Shown: positions 9,148-17,864 of the stretch, piece by piece | Layout: each line of letters begins with the position of its first letter | Position numbering within the stretch: the first letter of the stretch is position 1 | Source: Flavobacteriales bacterium | Lineage (GTDB): Bacteria; Bacteroidota; Bacteroidia; UBA10329 | Reading direction: 5' to 3' | DNA length: 64,000 nucleotides | Assembly: GCA_021741075.1 (NCBI GenBank) | Contig: JAIOYO010000004.1 | Location: 23,908 to 87,907, forward strand | Program-made: the position numbers and the translations under genes | The notes under the pieces: model-generated | Database searches by the model: none | The model's input: only the letters and a program-made list of their open reading frames with translations | Told to the model about the DNA's origin: nothing

Positions 9148-9378
9148 GTGTTTGGTTTTGAGAAATAACACGAATAGCGCAAGAGTGTTTTTGGTAGGGA
9201 GAGGATTTGCAGACTGCGCCCGCGTGAGGGGTGGGAGCGGCATCCCCCGAACGCTTTCGGGGATATAGCGGACGGCCCGACCCCTTGCGTAGCTTGGGGG
9301 CACGCCCATATCATGCTTCAAATTTGCTTTGGCACGCCAATTGGTTTAGGCTAGATGAACCTTTAAAAACTAGAAGCC

Positions 9379-10137
9379 ATGAAAACTTTTACTGCAACTT
9401 TAGCGCTTGTGTTGACTGCTACCGTTATGATGGCGTATCCGAGTGCTTCCAGACTAACTGTTGAGTTGGCTGGACACAGACCGAACACAATGATTGTGAT
9501 CGATGGGCAGAGCTATAATGCTTCCAACAACTCCGTGAGATTGGAAGGAATGATGCCGGGCGACCATCAGGTTCAGTTGATGCGACCAAGCAGCTGGGGA
9601 GATCACGGAGTGCTTTTCAAAGGGGTGATACGCGTTCCGCAGCGGTCGAATGTGACTGCGGTAATCACTCCACAGGGAATGAAGGTGAACGCGCAGCCAT
9701 TGGCCCATAACGGTGGTAGCTACTGGGATGGGAATGGTCATGGACATGGAGCGACCGTGACTCCGAACCCGAACGGAAACGGTGGTTTTGTGAGCATGCG
9801 ACCACACCACCAACCAGTATTTGAACCAGTAGTTTGCGCACCAATTGTGATAGGAATGCACCCTGATGTTTTTGCAAGTGCGATGAGAAGCATTGAGATG
9901 CAATCGTTCGACTCGGATCAGGTGCGTGTTGCGAAACAGATTATCAGATTGAACGGTGCGTCATCCCATCAGATAGCGCGGATCATGCAGTTGGTGAGCT
10001 TTGAATCGAGCCGACTGGAGATTGCGAAATTCGGATATCAGTTTGTAGGCGATCCTGAGAACTACTTCGTTGTGAATGATGTGTTCTGGTTCTCGAGCAG
10101 TGTTCGGGAGTTGGACAGATTCATCAATGGCCATTAG
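9379..10137 (+). CDS. secreted DUF4476-like protein
   Basis: Signal peptide plus C-terminal FDSDQVRVAKQII...SHQIARIMQLVSFESSRLEIAKFGY...NYFVVNDVF, which resembles DUF4476. Confidence 0.6.
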   Translation: MKTFTATLALVLTATVMMAYPSASRLTVELAGHRPNTMIVIDGQSYNASNNSVRLEGMMPGDHQVQLMRPSSWGDHGVLFKGVIRVPQRSNVTAVITPQGMKVNAQPLAHNGGSYWDGNGHGHGATVTPNPNGNGGFVSMRPHHQPVFEPVVCAPIVIGMHPDVFASAMRSIEMQSFDSDQVRVAKQIIRLNGASSHQIARIMQLVSFESSRLEIAKFGYQFVGDPENYFVVNDVFWFSSSVRELDRFINGH

Positions 10138-10229
10138 GAATTAGCTGTTAGCTATTAGGAAATACCGAGAAATCTCCTAGCAAATTCAGACAGATTGCTT
10201 CAGTCGTACCTCCTTCGCAATGACGAAGC

Positions 10230-11684
10230 TTAAAAGTCCCGGCCTTGGTCGGGACTTTTTTTGTACTCAATCAGCTTATCCTTTTTGTTTTTGCTCAGGT
10301 AGTTGCGAATGATCTTACGTGTATCAGGATTATCGTTCTGCCTGCGGATGAATTCCAGGATGTTCTCAAGCGGTTGATTGGCTTCTACCTTTTCAATGAA
10401 ACCGTAGCCCACGTATTTTCCGTCTTCAATCTGAACGAGCGAATATTCTTCTTCCGTTCGGCCTGCCCCGATCACAAGGGTATTGTTCATGGTCATGCCT
10501 AAGGAATTCTTGGCCGCGTTCATACGCTTGTTATATTCCTCGGGTGTTTCGAGCTCCATCTTCGTACCCCGACAGTTCTTTATCTGGTATTGAAAGCAGT
10601 TGCCTTTTGGGCTTTGAAGTCCGAGCAAACACTCACACAACTCGTGTTTCTTGGCCTGTTTTAGCAGCAGACGCTTGCCTTCAAAATAAGAGCGCACTTC
10701 TACCAGTGGTTCGCCTTCTGCAAACTTTTTTCGCTTGATGGCAAGGTTGATGTAACCCTTATCATCCACCTTTTCATAAATACCGTAGGAGAAATAAGGC
10801 TGTTTCTGCGAGTGATTGATGGGTGGTTGCAGCTTCTTAATTTCCTGCGATTCGAGTAGCAATGCTACAAGTTCGCTGCCTGTTTCTTCAAAGGAAATGG
10901 AATGCACCGCTTTCCACAAATCTGCCCACTTTTTCTTCTCCTTTGGATGGAAATGAGTGAGCACCCGTTTCTTTATGTTGATGCTTTTTCCCACATATAG
11001 AATCTGCTCATCGCCATCATACATGTAGTAGATGCCCGTTCCTGTGGGTAGCTTTTCGAGTTCGGAAGGCGGAAGATTGGGAGGGATGCGCACATCTGGC
11101 ATGTCGGGTTTTATCCGACTAAAAACCGTTGTCGGGTCTTTTTGAAACAACAGTTGGAAGAGCGTTGCCGTGGCAGCAGTATCGTCCAAGGCACGATGGT
11201 GACTGTCCATCTCAATGCCGAGCGTAGCACATAATTTTCCGAGGCTGTATGATGGCAGACCAGGAATGATTCTACGGCAGATGTCAATGGTGTCCAACGT
11301 TTCGCGTTTGAACTCCATCTTGAGGTTGGCGAACTCCTTCTTCAGGAAACCATAGTCGAACGAAACGTTGTGCGCCACGAATACGCGGTCTTTGGTCATC
11401 TCAAAAATGCGTTCGGCATGTTCGGCAAAGAGCGGTGCATCGGCAACCATGTGGTCGGTTATTCCGGTGAGCTTCACTACATAGTAATCTATTTTCCGCT
11501 GTGGGTTGAATAGCGTGGTAAATCGTTCCAACTCCTTTTCTCCGTCATGAACGATTACGGCAATCTCGGTAATCTTACCATCGTGGATGGTTCCGGTGGT
11601 CTCAATATCTACAATCGCGAACTGCGTGAGAGGTAATGAAAGTTGGTCTTCACCCGGTTTTGACATTGGTTCAAAAATATGCAA
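10230..11684 (-). CDS. DnaQ-like 3'-5' exonuclease fused to a GIY-YIG (UvrC/Cho N-terminal-like) nuclease domain
   Basis: Exo motifs: FAIVDIETTG, HNVSFDYGFL, HRALDDTAATA. GIY-YIG motif: GIYYMYDGDEQILYVGKSINIKKR. The start could also be Met7 (11666). Confidence 0.8.
   Translation of the reverse strand: MHIFEPMSKPGEDQLSLPLTQFAIVDIETTGTIHDGKITEIAVIVHDGEKELERFTTLFNPQRKIDYYVVKLTGITDHMVADAPLFAEHAERIFEMTKDRVFVAHNVSFDYGFLKKEFANLKMEFKRETLDTIDICRRIIPGLPSYSLGKLCATLGIEMDSHHRALDDTAATATLFQLLFQKDPTTVFSRIKPDMPDVRIPPNLPPSELEKLPTGTGIYYMYDGDEQILYVGKSINIKKRVLTHFHPKEKKKWADLWKAVHSISFEETGSELVALLLESQEIKKLQPPINHSQKQPYFSYGIYEKVDDKGYINLAIKRKKFAEGEPLVEVRSYFEGKRLLLKQAKKHELCECLLGLQSPKGNCFQYQIKNCRGTKMELETPEEYNKRMNAAKNSLGMTMNNTLVIGAGRTEEEYSLVQIEDGKYVGYGFIEKVEANQPLENILEFIRRQNDNPDTRKIIRNYLSKNKKDKLIEYKKSPDQGRDF
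10232..10262 (+). terminator. rho-independent terminator (usable in both directions)
   Basis: AGTCCCG..CGGGACT stem (10235-10241 / 10250-10256) followed by a T7 run and preceded by an A-run. It overlaps the last codons of the minus-strand gene 10230-11684. Confidence 0.7.
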
Positions 11685-11732
11685 TTGCTTGTAGGGTCAA
11701 CCACAAGATTGAAACATGTTTATTATTGCAGC

Positions 11733-12185
11733 ATGAGAGTGGTTCTACAGCGCGTAAAGAGGGCATCAGTAAAGGTTGAAGGCGAGGAGGTTGGTAGCAT
11801 TGGTGCTGGTGTGCTCATTCTTTTAGGTATTGAAGCGGCTGATACCGAAGAAGACATTGATTGGCTATGCGGTAAGATCTGTCGCATGCGCATTTTCAAT
11901 GATGCCCAAGGCGTGATGAATGTTTCGCTAGAAGAGAATGGAAATGAGGCATTGGTGGTTTCTCAGTTCACCTTGCATGCCAGCACCAAGAAGGGCAACC
12001 GCCCTTCCTATATAAAGGCCGCACGACCCGAACAGGCCGAACCGATGTACGAACAGTTTAAAACCAAACTATCTGGCATGCTGATGAAACCCGTTGCCTC
12101 AGGTGTTTTTGGTGCCATGATGGATGTGGAACTGGTAAACGATGGCCCCGTTACGATTTTGGTGGATTCGAAGGAGAGGGAGTGA
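11733..12185 (+). CDS. dtd: D-aminoacyl-tRNA deacylase
   Basis: MRVVLQRV..., SQFTL, GNRPS; 150 aa from the internal Met. Confidence 0.9.
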   Translation: MRVVLQRVKRASVKVEGEEVGSIGAGVLILLGIEAADTEEDIDWLCGKICRMRIFNDAQGVMNVSLEENGNEALVVSQFTLHASTKKGNRPSYIKAARPEQAEPMYEQFKTKLSGMLMKPVASGVFGAMMDVELVNDGPVTILVDSKERE

Positions 12186-12192
12186 GATAGCT

Positions 12193-12525
12193 TTAGTAAA
12201 TCTCTAGAATTCCAAGACTGTCAGATTGAATCATCTCCATTATTTGTGGACGATTCCTAAGTAGCGCTTCCACAACCGCATTGGTCGGCTTATTTCCGAT
12301 TTTCATCAAAATGACTTTAGGAGGGAAGCCTTTTTGAAATAACAAATGGAGAAAATCCTCATCATTGGTGACGATTGTGAGCTTGTGTTCTTTGGCATAG
12401 TTCCAGATATTAACATCGCTTATTGGAGAACTCAGACCAATTGAGTTAACGTGAGTCACCTTTTGAAATTCAGATTCTAACGCACGAATCAATCTCCAAG
12501 ATAGATTTTCATCCATCAAAAGCAT
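12193..12525 (-). CDS. DUF5615-type PIN-like toxin candidate
   Basis: MLLMDENLSWRL...IVTNDEDF pattern. Begins 2 nt after the upstream DUF433 gene. Confidence 0.65.
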   Translation of the reverse strand: MLLMDENLSWRLIRALESEFQKVTHVNSIGLSSPISDVNIWNYAKEHKLTIVTNDEDFLHLLFQKGFPPKVILMKIGNKPTNAVVEALLRNRPQIMEMIQSDSLGILEIY

Positions 12526-12527
12526 TA

Positions 12528-12755
12528 CTAAGCTGCGCTAATCTTGGTGATATGATCTCGATTGGCTGCAAATTCTAACGCAGCTTGAATTTGTTCCTGT
12601 TTTAAGGCTGGGAAGTCGAGAAGTATTTCATCATTCGTCATGCCTGAAGCAAGCCAACCTAAGATATCGGCCACCGAAATCCGTGTTCCTTTGATGCAGG
12701 GTTTACCGAATCGAATTGCTGGGTCGATAGAAATGTATTTTAAATAGCTTTCCAT
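12528..12755 (-). CDS. DUF433-type antitoxin candidate
   Basis: RFGKPCIKGTRISVADILGWLASGMTNDEILLDFPALKQEQIQAALEFA matches the DUF433 pattern. Confidence 0.7.
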   Translation of the reverse strand: MESYLKYISIDPAIRFGKPCIKGTRISVADILGWLASGMTNDEILLDFPALKQEQIQAALEFAANRDHITKISAA

Positions 12756-12807
12756 GGTATGGGATATTTACAAAGATAACGAACTCCCAAAGCGATTATT
12801 CGAATGA

Positions 12808-15800
12808 TTAGTGTTTCCTAATCACATGAATATATCCACTTCCCTTATAGAACTTAACGCCACCTAGGTGGTTTCCTTTGGCCACCACTTCGTAGAGGTA
12901 GCGGTCTTGTTGCACGGGGTTTCCTTTGTAGGTGCCATCCCAAAATGGGTCGTCAATGGAGGTCATGCGGTAGATCTTGTGTCCCCAACTGCTGGAAATG
13001 AGCATCTCAAATTCCACCACTCCTGTTGATACGATCTCAAACACATCATTTAAGCCATCGCCATCGGGTGTGAATGAATTGGGTATCCATAGGGTGAACT
13101 CAGGTTCTACGCAAACATCAAACTGAAACTCATCTGTACAGGTGCCCATTTCGTTTTCTACATAAAGGGTAACGGTGTAGGTGCCTGTATCTCCATATTC
13201 GTGCGAAGGATAAACTCCGTAGATGTAATCTTCGGTTGTTCCATCGCCAAAATCCCATGTGCCACGGGCAGCACCTTGACTAAGATCGATAAACTCGGCA
13301 TTAGGATCTGATTCTCTCATGCAGGGCCCGTTTGGGTTAGGTGTGAAATAGGCCGATACATTGGGAAATGACGGAATGGTGATGCTGGTATCGAAGGTGC
13401 ATTCGCCATCGTGGAGGTTGGTAATGGTTACCGCGTAGGTCTGCGCCACTTCGCCATAATAGGTATCTCCGAAAAGGGGTGGTGCCGTGTGCCATTCGTA
13501 CACGTAATTGGGAGAATAAGGAGTGCCTTCTACGGTGGCAAAGCCTGTATTTCCATAGCAAAGCGAGTCGCTGGTAACGAAGGTGGCGCTAATCTTAGGA
13601 TGGACAAACATTTGTACTACATCCGTCACAGGGTCGGAGCAACCATCTGAAGTTACAATAGTAAATGTGGTAGAAGAATCGGGATAGAGCTCTATGGAAG
13701 AGAACCAGGTAACATTGGGATTCCATTGGTAGGAGAAAGGTGTTCCATCTCCACCCGAAGCTTGAACGCCCACGGTTATTGCATCTCCTGCACAGATGGC
13801 TTCTCCTTGCCCTATGCGGGTAGTGATAATGGGCGCACTAATAGAAACAAGCACGTTTTCGTGCACTTCGCAGCCTGCACTTCCTTGATTGTAACTTATG
13901 GTGTGTATTCCTTCTCCGGCAAGGGAAGGATTAAATATGGTGTCTGTAATTCCGTTGCCAGAGAACACGCCTCCTTCAGGTAATCCAATAAGCGAAATGG
14001 CCGAATCTACGAAGCAATACGTGTTTGCCAGTCCGATAATGTCTGCTGGTTGAAGTTGATACACATCCACCATGGCAGAATCCCAACAACCGCTTGGAGC
14101 TTGGTAATATACCCAGTTGATACCTGCCGAAACTTCTTCGGGGTCAAACATTCCGCTTGGAGTTGTTATTCCGTCTCCTGCCCAAGTACCTCCAACAGGA
14201 GTTGCGAGCATCTGAATGGGATTTCCCATTTCGCAAATAGCAGTATCGACCATCATGTTCTCGTGCACAATCATCACGGTGCTATCCATACAAGTGTTGG
14301 CTTCGTAGTAGATGGTGTGCATTCCTGCTCCCGCGATGGCAGGGTTGAAATGGCCATCTCCGTTGTTGTCTGTTCCCGGACCGCTCCACGTGCCTCCTCC
14401 TGGATAGCGGTGTATTCCGGCCCAATTCAAGGTCAAAGCATCATCATACAAACAGAAACTAAGGTTACTCCACTCGATGGTGGTTTGCCTTACGTAGATA
14501 ATTCGCGTATCCGAACAACCATTGACCGTATATGTAACCACATCATCTATATATATAGGTGTAGTTGTGGGATCGTACAATCCCGAAGGGGAAACTCCGG
14601 TGCCGCTCCATGTACCACCTGCTGGACTTCCAGTAAGTTGGATGGGTGCTTCTTGGGGGCAGATTACATAGTCGCTACCTGCATTGATTCCCGTTACGGT
14701 AACATCCATGCTGGCAGAACATCCATTCAAATTATAGGTAATGGTGTGTGTTCCTGCTCCGGCAGTTTCGGGATTGTAAGAACCCCAATACCAATTGGTA
14801 ACACCCGGCCCGTTCCAAGAGCCACCAAATGGTGTTGCGCTAAGATTGAACGGAGGGGCGGATTCACACACCGTCATATCGGGTGGTAGGATGATATCTT
14901 CTACCCGAACGTTCTTGGTATCGGTGCAGCCGTCTGTTGTGGTGTAGGTAATGAAATGAATACCGGGAGTAGTTGGGTCAAATATGCCAGCAGCAGTAGT
15001 AAATGGGCCAGACCATGTTCCTCCTGCTGGAAACCCGTTTGTTAACTGGAAAGGTGCTGTTCCGGGACAGGCTGCTTGATCATAGCCCGCCCATATTTGA
15101 TTGACTTGCGATTGAACTGAATCTGAACAACCATTAAGATCGGTATAGTAGGTCCATGGCGTTCCATCTCCCGAATCGGGATGAAAGATACCAGCGGGGT
15201 CGTTAATGTGCGTTCCGCTCCAATCTCCTCCAGAAGGAATTGCGGTAATAGGAAAAGGAGCCACGTTTTCGCAAACATCTGGAATAGGGTCTATAACGGG
15301 CGATAAGTGAACGGTAATAATGGTTTGGTCTGTGGCAGATGGGGCAGGACTTGCATCGCTTACCGTTACCGAGTACGTGGTTGTTGCACCTGGACATACC
15401 ACGTGCGGTCCTGCGGAGTTGGGAAGGCCATTGCTCCATGCATAGTTATAGGTATTGGCGTTTCCTCCGGTTACTTCGGCCCAAATCTCTACACATTCGC
15501 CAAGGCAGAGCGCATCTTCATCTTCAAAGATCTCTACGTCTAACGGACAATCGTTCACCACTAAGTTTCCTTCCACTTCGAGGGTGAATTCGTTCTCACA
15601 CTCATCAGCATAGTGGTAAATGAACTCAAGATTGTAGGTAGTGCTTTCATCCAAGCCAGGACTGAATGTCAATTGGTATTGCGTTGCCATTCCTCCAGTA
15701 CAATTAAGTGGAGAAATGTTGCTTATGGTTTGTCCGCCCGAAACAGTAAATGCTCCCGGGTAAACCGAATCGCAGGGAACAGGCGCATCAAAGGTGATTA

Positions 15801-16341
15801 CCACAACCTCTGTACTACAGGTGGGTGCACTTGGATTGAATGTGACCAAAGGAGCATCTGGTTCTTCTACTTCTACTTCCCAGTATGCCGACCATCCTCC
15901 GCATGCCACACCAAATACATCCGATTGCCAATGAATGGTTAAACATCCCGAAGTAGCTACGATGGTTGGCGGCAGATCTTGACCAGAAACAGGCGCACCA
16001 ATCTGTGGCGAGTTCACACTTGGTCCATCATAGAAGGTCATGATATCATATCCTCCTTCCGAACAAAATTGGAAGAAGGTCATCTCTATGCTGATGGCAT
16101 TAGGCACACATATCTGCATGGTATAATCCTCTCCATGGCTATAATCTTCTCCATTCTGCCCGCCATTGCTGTCGGTAAAATAGCCTTCGCAATCATCGGT
16201 AGTAATGTTTCCTACGAGAGGGAAGGTGGTCTGTGAAAAAGAGGAAAAAGGAAGAAGGAAAAAGAGAAAGAGAAACGAAAAGGATAATCTGACAATTCTT
16301 AGTGAGACGCTTCGTTCCTCAGCGAAGCAAGTAGCATGCAT
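12808..16341 (-). CDS. giant cell-surface protein: CUB-like N-domain, about 8 Ig-like repeats, PKD domain, T9SS type-B sorting domain
   Basis: The C-terminus PNSFTPDGDGLNDVFEI...WDGTYKG...YLYEV is a gliding-motility-associated / type-B sorting domain. PKD domain: WDFGDGTTEDY..YGDTGTYTVTL. Repeated GGTWSG.G....G.F.P..AG.G.H.I.Y modules. The start is placed at ATG 16341 (MHATCF...LSFSFLFLFFLLPFSSFSQ); the upstream part of the track ORF reads through a repeat element. Confidence 0.8.
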   Translation of the reverse strand: MHATCFAEERSVSLRIVRLSFSFLFLFFLLPFSSFSQTTFPLVGNITTDDCEGYFTDSNGGQNGEDYSHGEDYTMQICVPNAISIEMTFFQFCSEGGYDIMTFYDGPSVNSPQIGAPVSGQDLPPTIVATSGCLTIHWQSDVFGVACGGWSAYWEVEVEEPDAPLVTFNPSAPTCSTEVVVITFDAPVPCDSVYPGAFTVSGGQTISNISPLNCTGGMATQYQLTFSPGLDESTTYNLEFIYHYADECENEFTLEVEGNLVVNDCPLDVEIFEDEDALCLGECVEIWAEVTGGNANTYNYAWSNGLPNSAGPHVVCPGATTTYSVTVSDASPAPSATDQTIITVHLSPVIDPIPDVCENVAPFPITAIPSGGDWSGTHINDPAGIFHPDSGDGTPWTYYTDLNGCSDSVQSQVNQIWAGYDQAACPGTAPFQLTNGFPAGGTWSGPFTTAAGIFDPTTPGIHFITYTTTDGCTDTKNVRVEDIILPPDMTVCESAPPFNLSATPFGGSWNGPGVTNWYWGSYNPETAGAGTHTITYNLNGCSASMDVTVTGINAGSDYVICPQEAPIQLTGSPAGGTWSGTGVSPSGLYDPTTTPIYIDDVVTYTVNGCSDTRIIYVRQTTIEWSNLSFCLYDDALTLNWAGIHRYPGGGTWSGPGTDNNGDGHFNPAIAGAGMHTIYYEANTCMDSTVMIVHENMMVDTAICEMGNPIQMLATPVGGTWAGDGITTPSGMFDPEEVSAGINWVYYQAPSGCWDSAMVDVYQLQPADIIGLANTYCFVDSAISLIGLPEGGVFSGNGITDTIFNPSLAGEGIHTISYNQGSAGCEVHENVLVSISAPIITTRIGQGEAICAGDAITVGVQASGGDGTPFSYQWNPNVTWFSSIELYPDSSTTFTIVTSDGCSDPVTDVVQMFVHPKISATFVTSDSLCYGNTGFATVEGTPYSPNYVYEWHTAPPLFGDTYYGEVAQTYAVTITNLHDGECTFDTSITIPSFPNVSAYFTPNPNGPCMRESDPNAEFIDLSQGAARGTWDFGDGTTEDYIYGVYPSHEYGDTGTYTVTLYVENEMGTCTDEFQFDVCVEPEFTLWIPNSFTPDGDGLNDVFEIVSTGVVEFEMLISSSWGHKIYRMTSIDDPFWDGTYKGNPVQQDRYLYEVVAKGNHLGGVKFYKGSGYIHVIRKH

Positions 16342-16381
16342 CCAAGTTGTCCGTTTGTTTCCCTGAGGAACGAAGGGTCTC
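16304..16381. mobile_element. MITE/REP-like palindromic element, copy A (78 bp)
   Basis: Terminal inverted repeats GAGACGCTTCGTTCCTCAG / CTGAGGAACGAAGGGTCTC (18/19). Its reverse complement closely matches copy B at 17865-17941. Confidence 0.8.
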
Positions 16382-16445
16382 CATTTCCTTGGGAAGTCTG
16401 TGGAAAGTTGAGAATCTACTTTAAGCATGTCTTCACTCGTGTGTT

Positions 16446-16880
16446 TCACGGGCGATAAACGGTGATGGTATCGCTTTCTACCAATTCGCTCCAATGCCCA
16501 TCTCTATCACGTATCATTACCTCAAACTGAAGTCGCTCTACCGAATCATTTCCAAGGATGAAAAGGTTATTCAACTTTACCGAAAGCCTTCCTTTTATTG
16601 GCACATTGGCATCAATGGGAGCCAAGGGTTGCACATGATAAAGGTCTTCGAATTGAAGACGGCTGTCCTTTACACTTAATGACGTTACATTCGGATCGAG
16701 GTGGCCGAGGTCGCCATTGTAATCATAGTAATCGAAGCTAATGGTGACGGTATCGGTAAATTCCTCTACCAACATTGGTTCTACCACGAGGTTAGTAATC
16801 TCTGGAAAGTCGGAGTGCTCTTCTTTACAGGAAGCTATGAGCACCACAAGAAGAATCATTATCAGTCTACGAATCTCCAC
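16446..16880 (-). CDS. small lipoprotein, unknown function
   Basis: 144 aa with lipobox LIASC. Overlaps the upstream gene by 19 nt. Confidence 0.5.
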   Translation of the reverse strand: MEIRRLIMILLVVLIASCKEEHSDFPEITNLVVEPMLVEEFTDTVTISFDYYDYNGDLGHLDPNVTSLSVKDSRLQFEDLYHVQPLAPIDANVPIKGRLSVKLNNLFILGNDSVERLQFEVMIRDRDGHWSELVESDTITVYRP

Positions 16881-17842
16881 GAGAAGTACTTTTTGATGTA
16901 TAACTGACTTCCATCTTGCGGGATGATGGTTGGGTCAGGTTGTGCATCGGTTTTTAGATGAACACGCACATAATAGGTGCTATCCTGTGCAAACTGCGAA
17001 GGATTGAATGTAAATTGATGGGTAAACTCAACAGGTTCTCCGGTAAACCCTGGTTGAATGTTGCCCGTGGTTTGATTCTGAAACAGATCGTATGTGGTAA
17101 TGAGCGAGTCGGTTTCGAAACCGATCTGCCCGCTCATTTTTGCCTTGGCATAGGTATAGGAATTCAGGTCTGTGTCATTATCGTAGATGGCAAACCACAC
17201 CTGCACCGATTGAGTGCCAATAGGAACATCCATCTGTGATCCGCTATTGCAATGTACGCCATCGGCAGTGGCGTAAATGCCTCCAATACCGGGTTGCTGG
17301 TTATTCTCGTTTGGGGCATTGCCAAACATATCCTTGGCACCATTCATAATCCAAGTGCTAATGTTGCTAAGATGCTCGGCCTTCTTGGCATTCCATTCCG
17401 ACTCGGGATCATAAAACGCATCTAGCGGCATAATGCCCGAAATGCCATCTATGTCTTCATTCAGGCGCAGCCACAAAATGGATTCAGACAATGAACCCGG
17501 CTTTACACGGTATTCATACGTTGCTGCAGGGTTGTTCTTTACGATGGGATGCAGCACCAATGTGTTGTAGGTGCTTTCGATGGTGCGGAAGTCGGGCTCA
17601 AACGTGCCATCATGGCATCCCGAATTGGCGCAAGTGGGTTTGAAAATGTTCTGGTGCAATCCTACAAAGCTTGTAGGGTCTACATTTTCAATTGCAGTGG
17701 TGTCTTGGGGCGGAAGATTGTCTGGATTATCAAACGGGTTCTTCTCATCCTTGCTGCAACTGCTTATGGAGAGGAGGAAAAGAGATAAGAGACAGAGAGA
17801 TAAGGTGGGGCGCAATGCAAGAATCGCAGATAACTTAGGCAC
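16862..17842 (-). CDS. lipoprotein with a PSCyt1-like (planctomycete cytochrome c-like) domain carrying C-x4-CH
   Basis: A GTG start at 17842 gives (M)PKLSAILALRPTLSLCLLSLFLLSISSC (lipobox). IFKPTCANSGCHDG...VKPGSLSESILWLRL...MP...ISTWIMNGA parallels the PSCyt1 layout. The longer track ORF reads through MITE copy B. Confidence 0.55.
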   Translation of the reverse strand: MPKLSAILALRPTLSLCLLSLFLLSISSCSKDEKNPFDNPDNLPPQDTTAIENVDPTSFVGLHQNIFKPTCANSGCHDGTFEPDFRTIESTYNTLVLHPIVKNNPAATYEYRVKPGSLSESILWLRLNEDIDGISGIMPLDAFYDPESEWNAKKAEHLSNISTWIMNGAKDMFGNAPNENNQQPGIGGIYATADGVHCNSGSQMDVPIGTQSVQVWFAIYDNDTDLNSYTYAKAKMSGQIGFETDSLITTYDLFQNQTTGNIQPGFTGEPVEFTHQFTFNPSQFAQDSTYYVRVHLKTDAQPDPTIIPQDGSQLYIKKYFSWRFVD

Positions 17843-17864
17843 ATAAGAGGCAAATTGAAATAAA

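Noticed and set aside
9148-9321. The 5' 58 codons of the 190-aa ORF 8749-9321 (MKHDMGVPPSYARGRAVRYIPESVRGMPLPPLTRAQ...)
   Set aside because: This part translates the GC-rich non-coding element. The membrane protein begins naturally at MKLLISYLL (9147).
10233-10245. AAAGTCCCGG, resembling the GAGGAAAGUCCGGGC core of RNase P RNA
   Set aside because: It is only a partial 10-nt match. It forms the stem of an ordinary terminator hairpin, and no other RNase P conserved regions lie nearby.
14050-14889. Long antisense ORFs inside well-supported genes (14050-14889 279 aa; 3929-4606 225 aa; 30726-31397 223 aa; 53646-54275 209 aa; 35119-35718 199 aa; 19066-19668 200 aa)
   Set aside because: Each lies wholly opposite a gene with clear family motifs (adhesin, transketolase, atpD, murA, TonB receptor, DUF1501-like). 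Their translations are low-complexity, rich in Cys, His and Arg, and carry no motifs.
16342-16494. N-terminal extensions of the two track ORFs (12808-16494 and 16862-17995) containing CFAEERSVSL / CFPEERSVSL
   Set aside because: These peptides are translations of the palindromic MITE-like element and its upstream flank. A signal peptide or lipobox begins only downstream, so the extensions are read-through artefacts.
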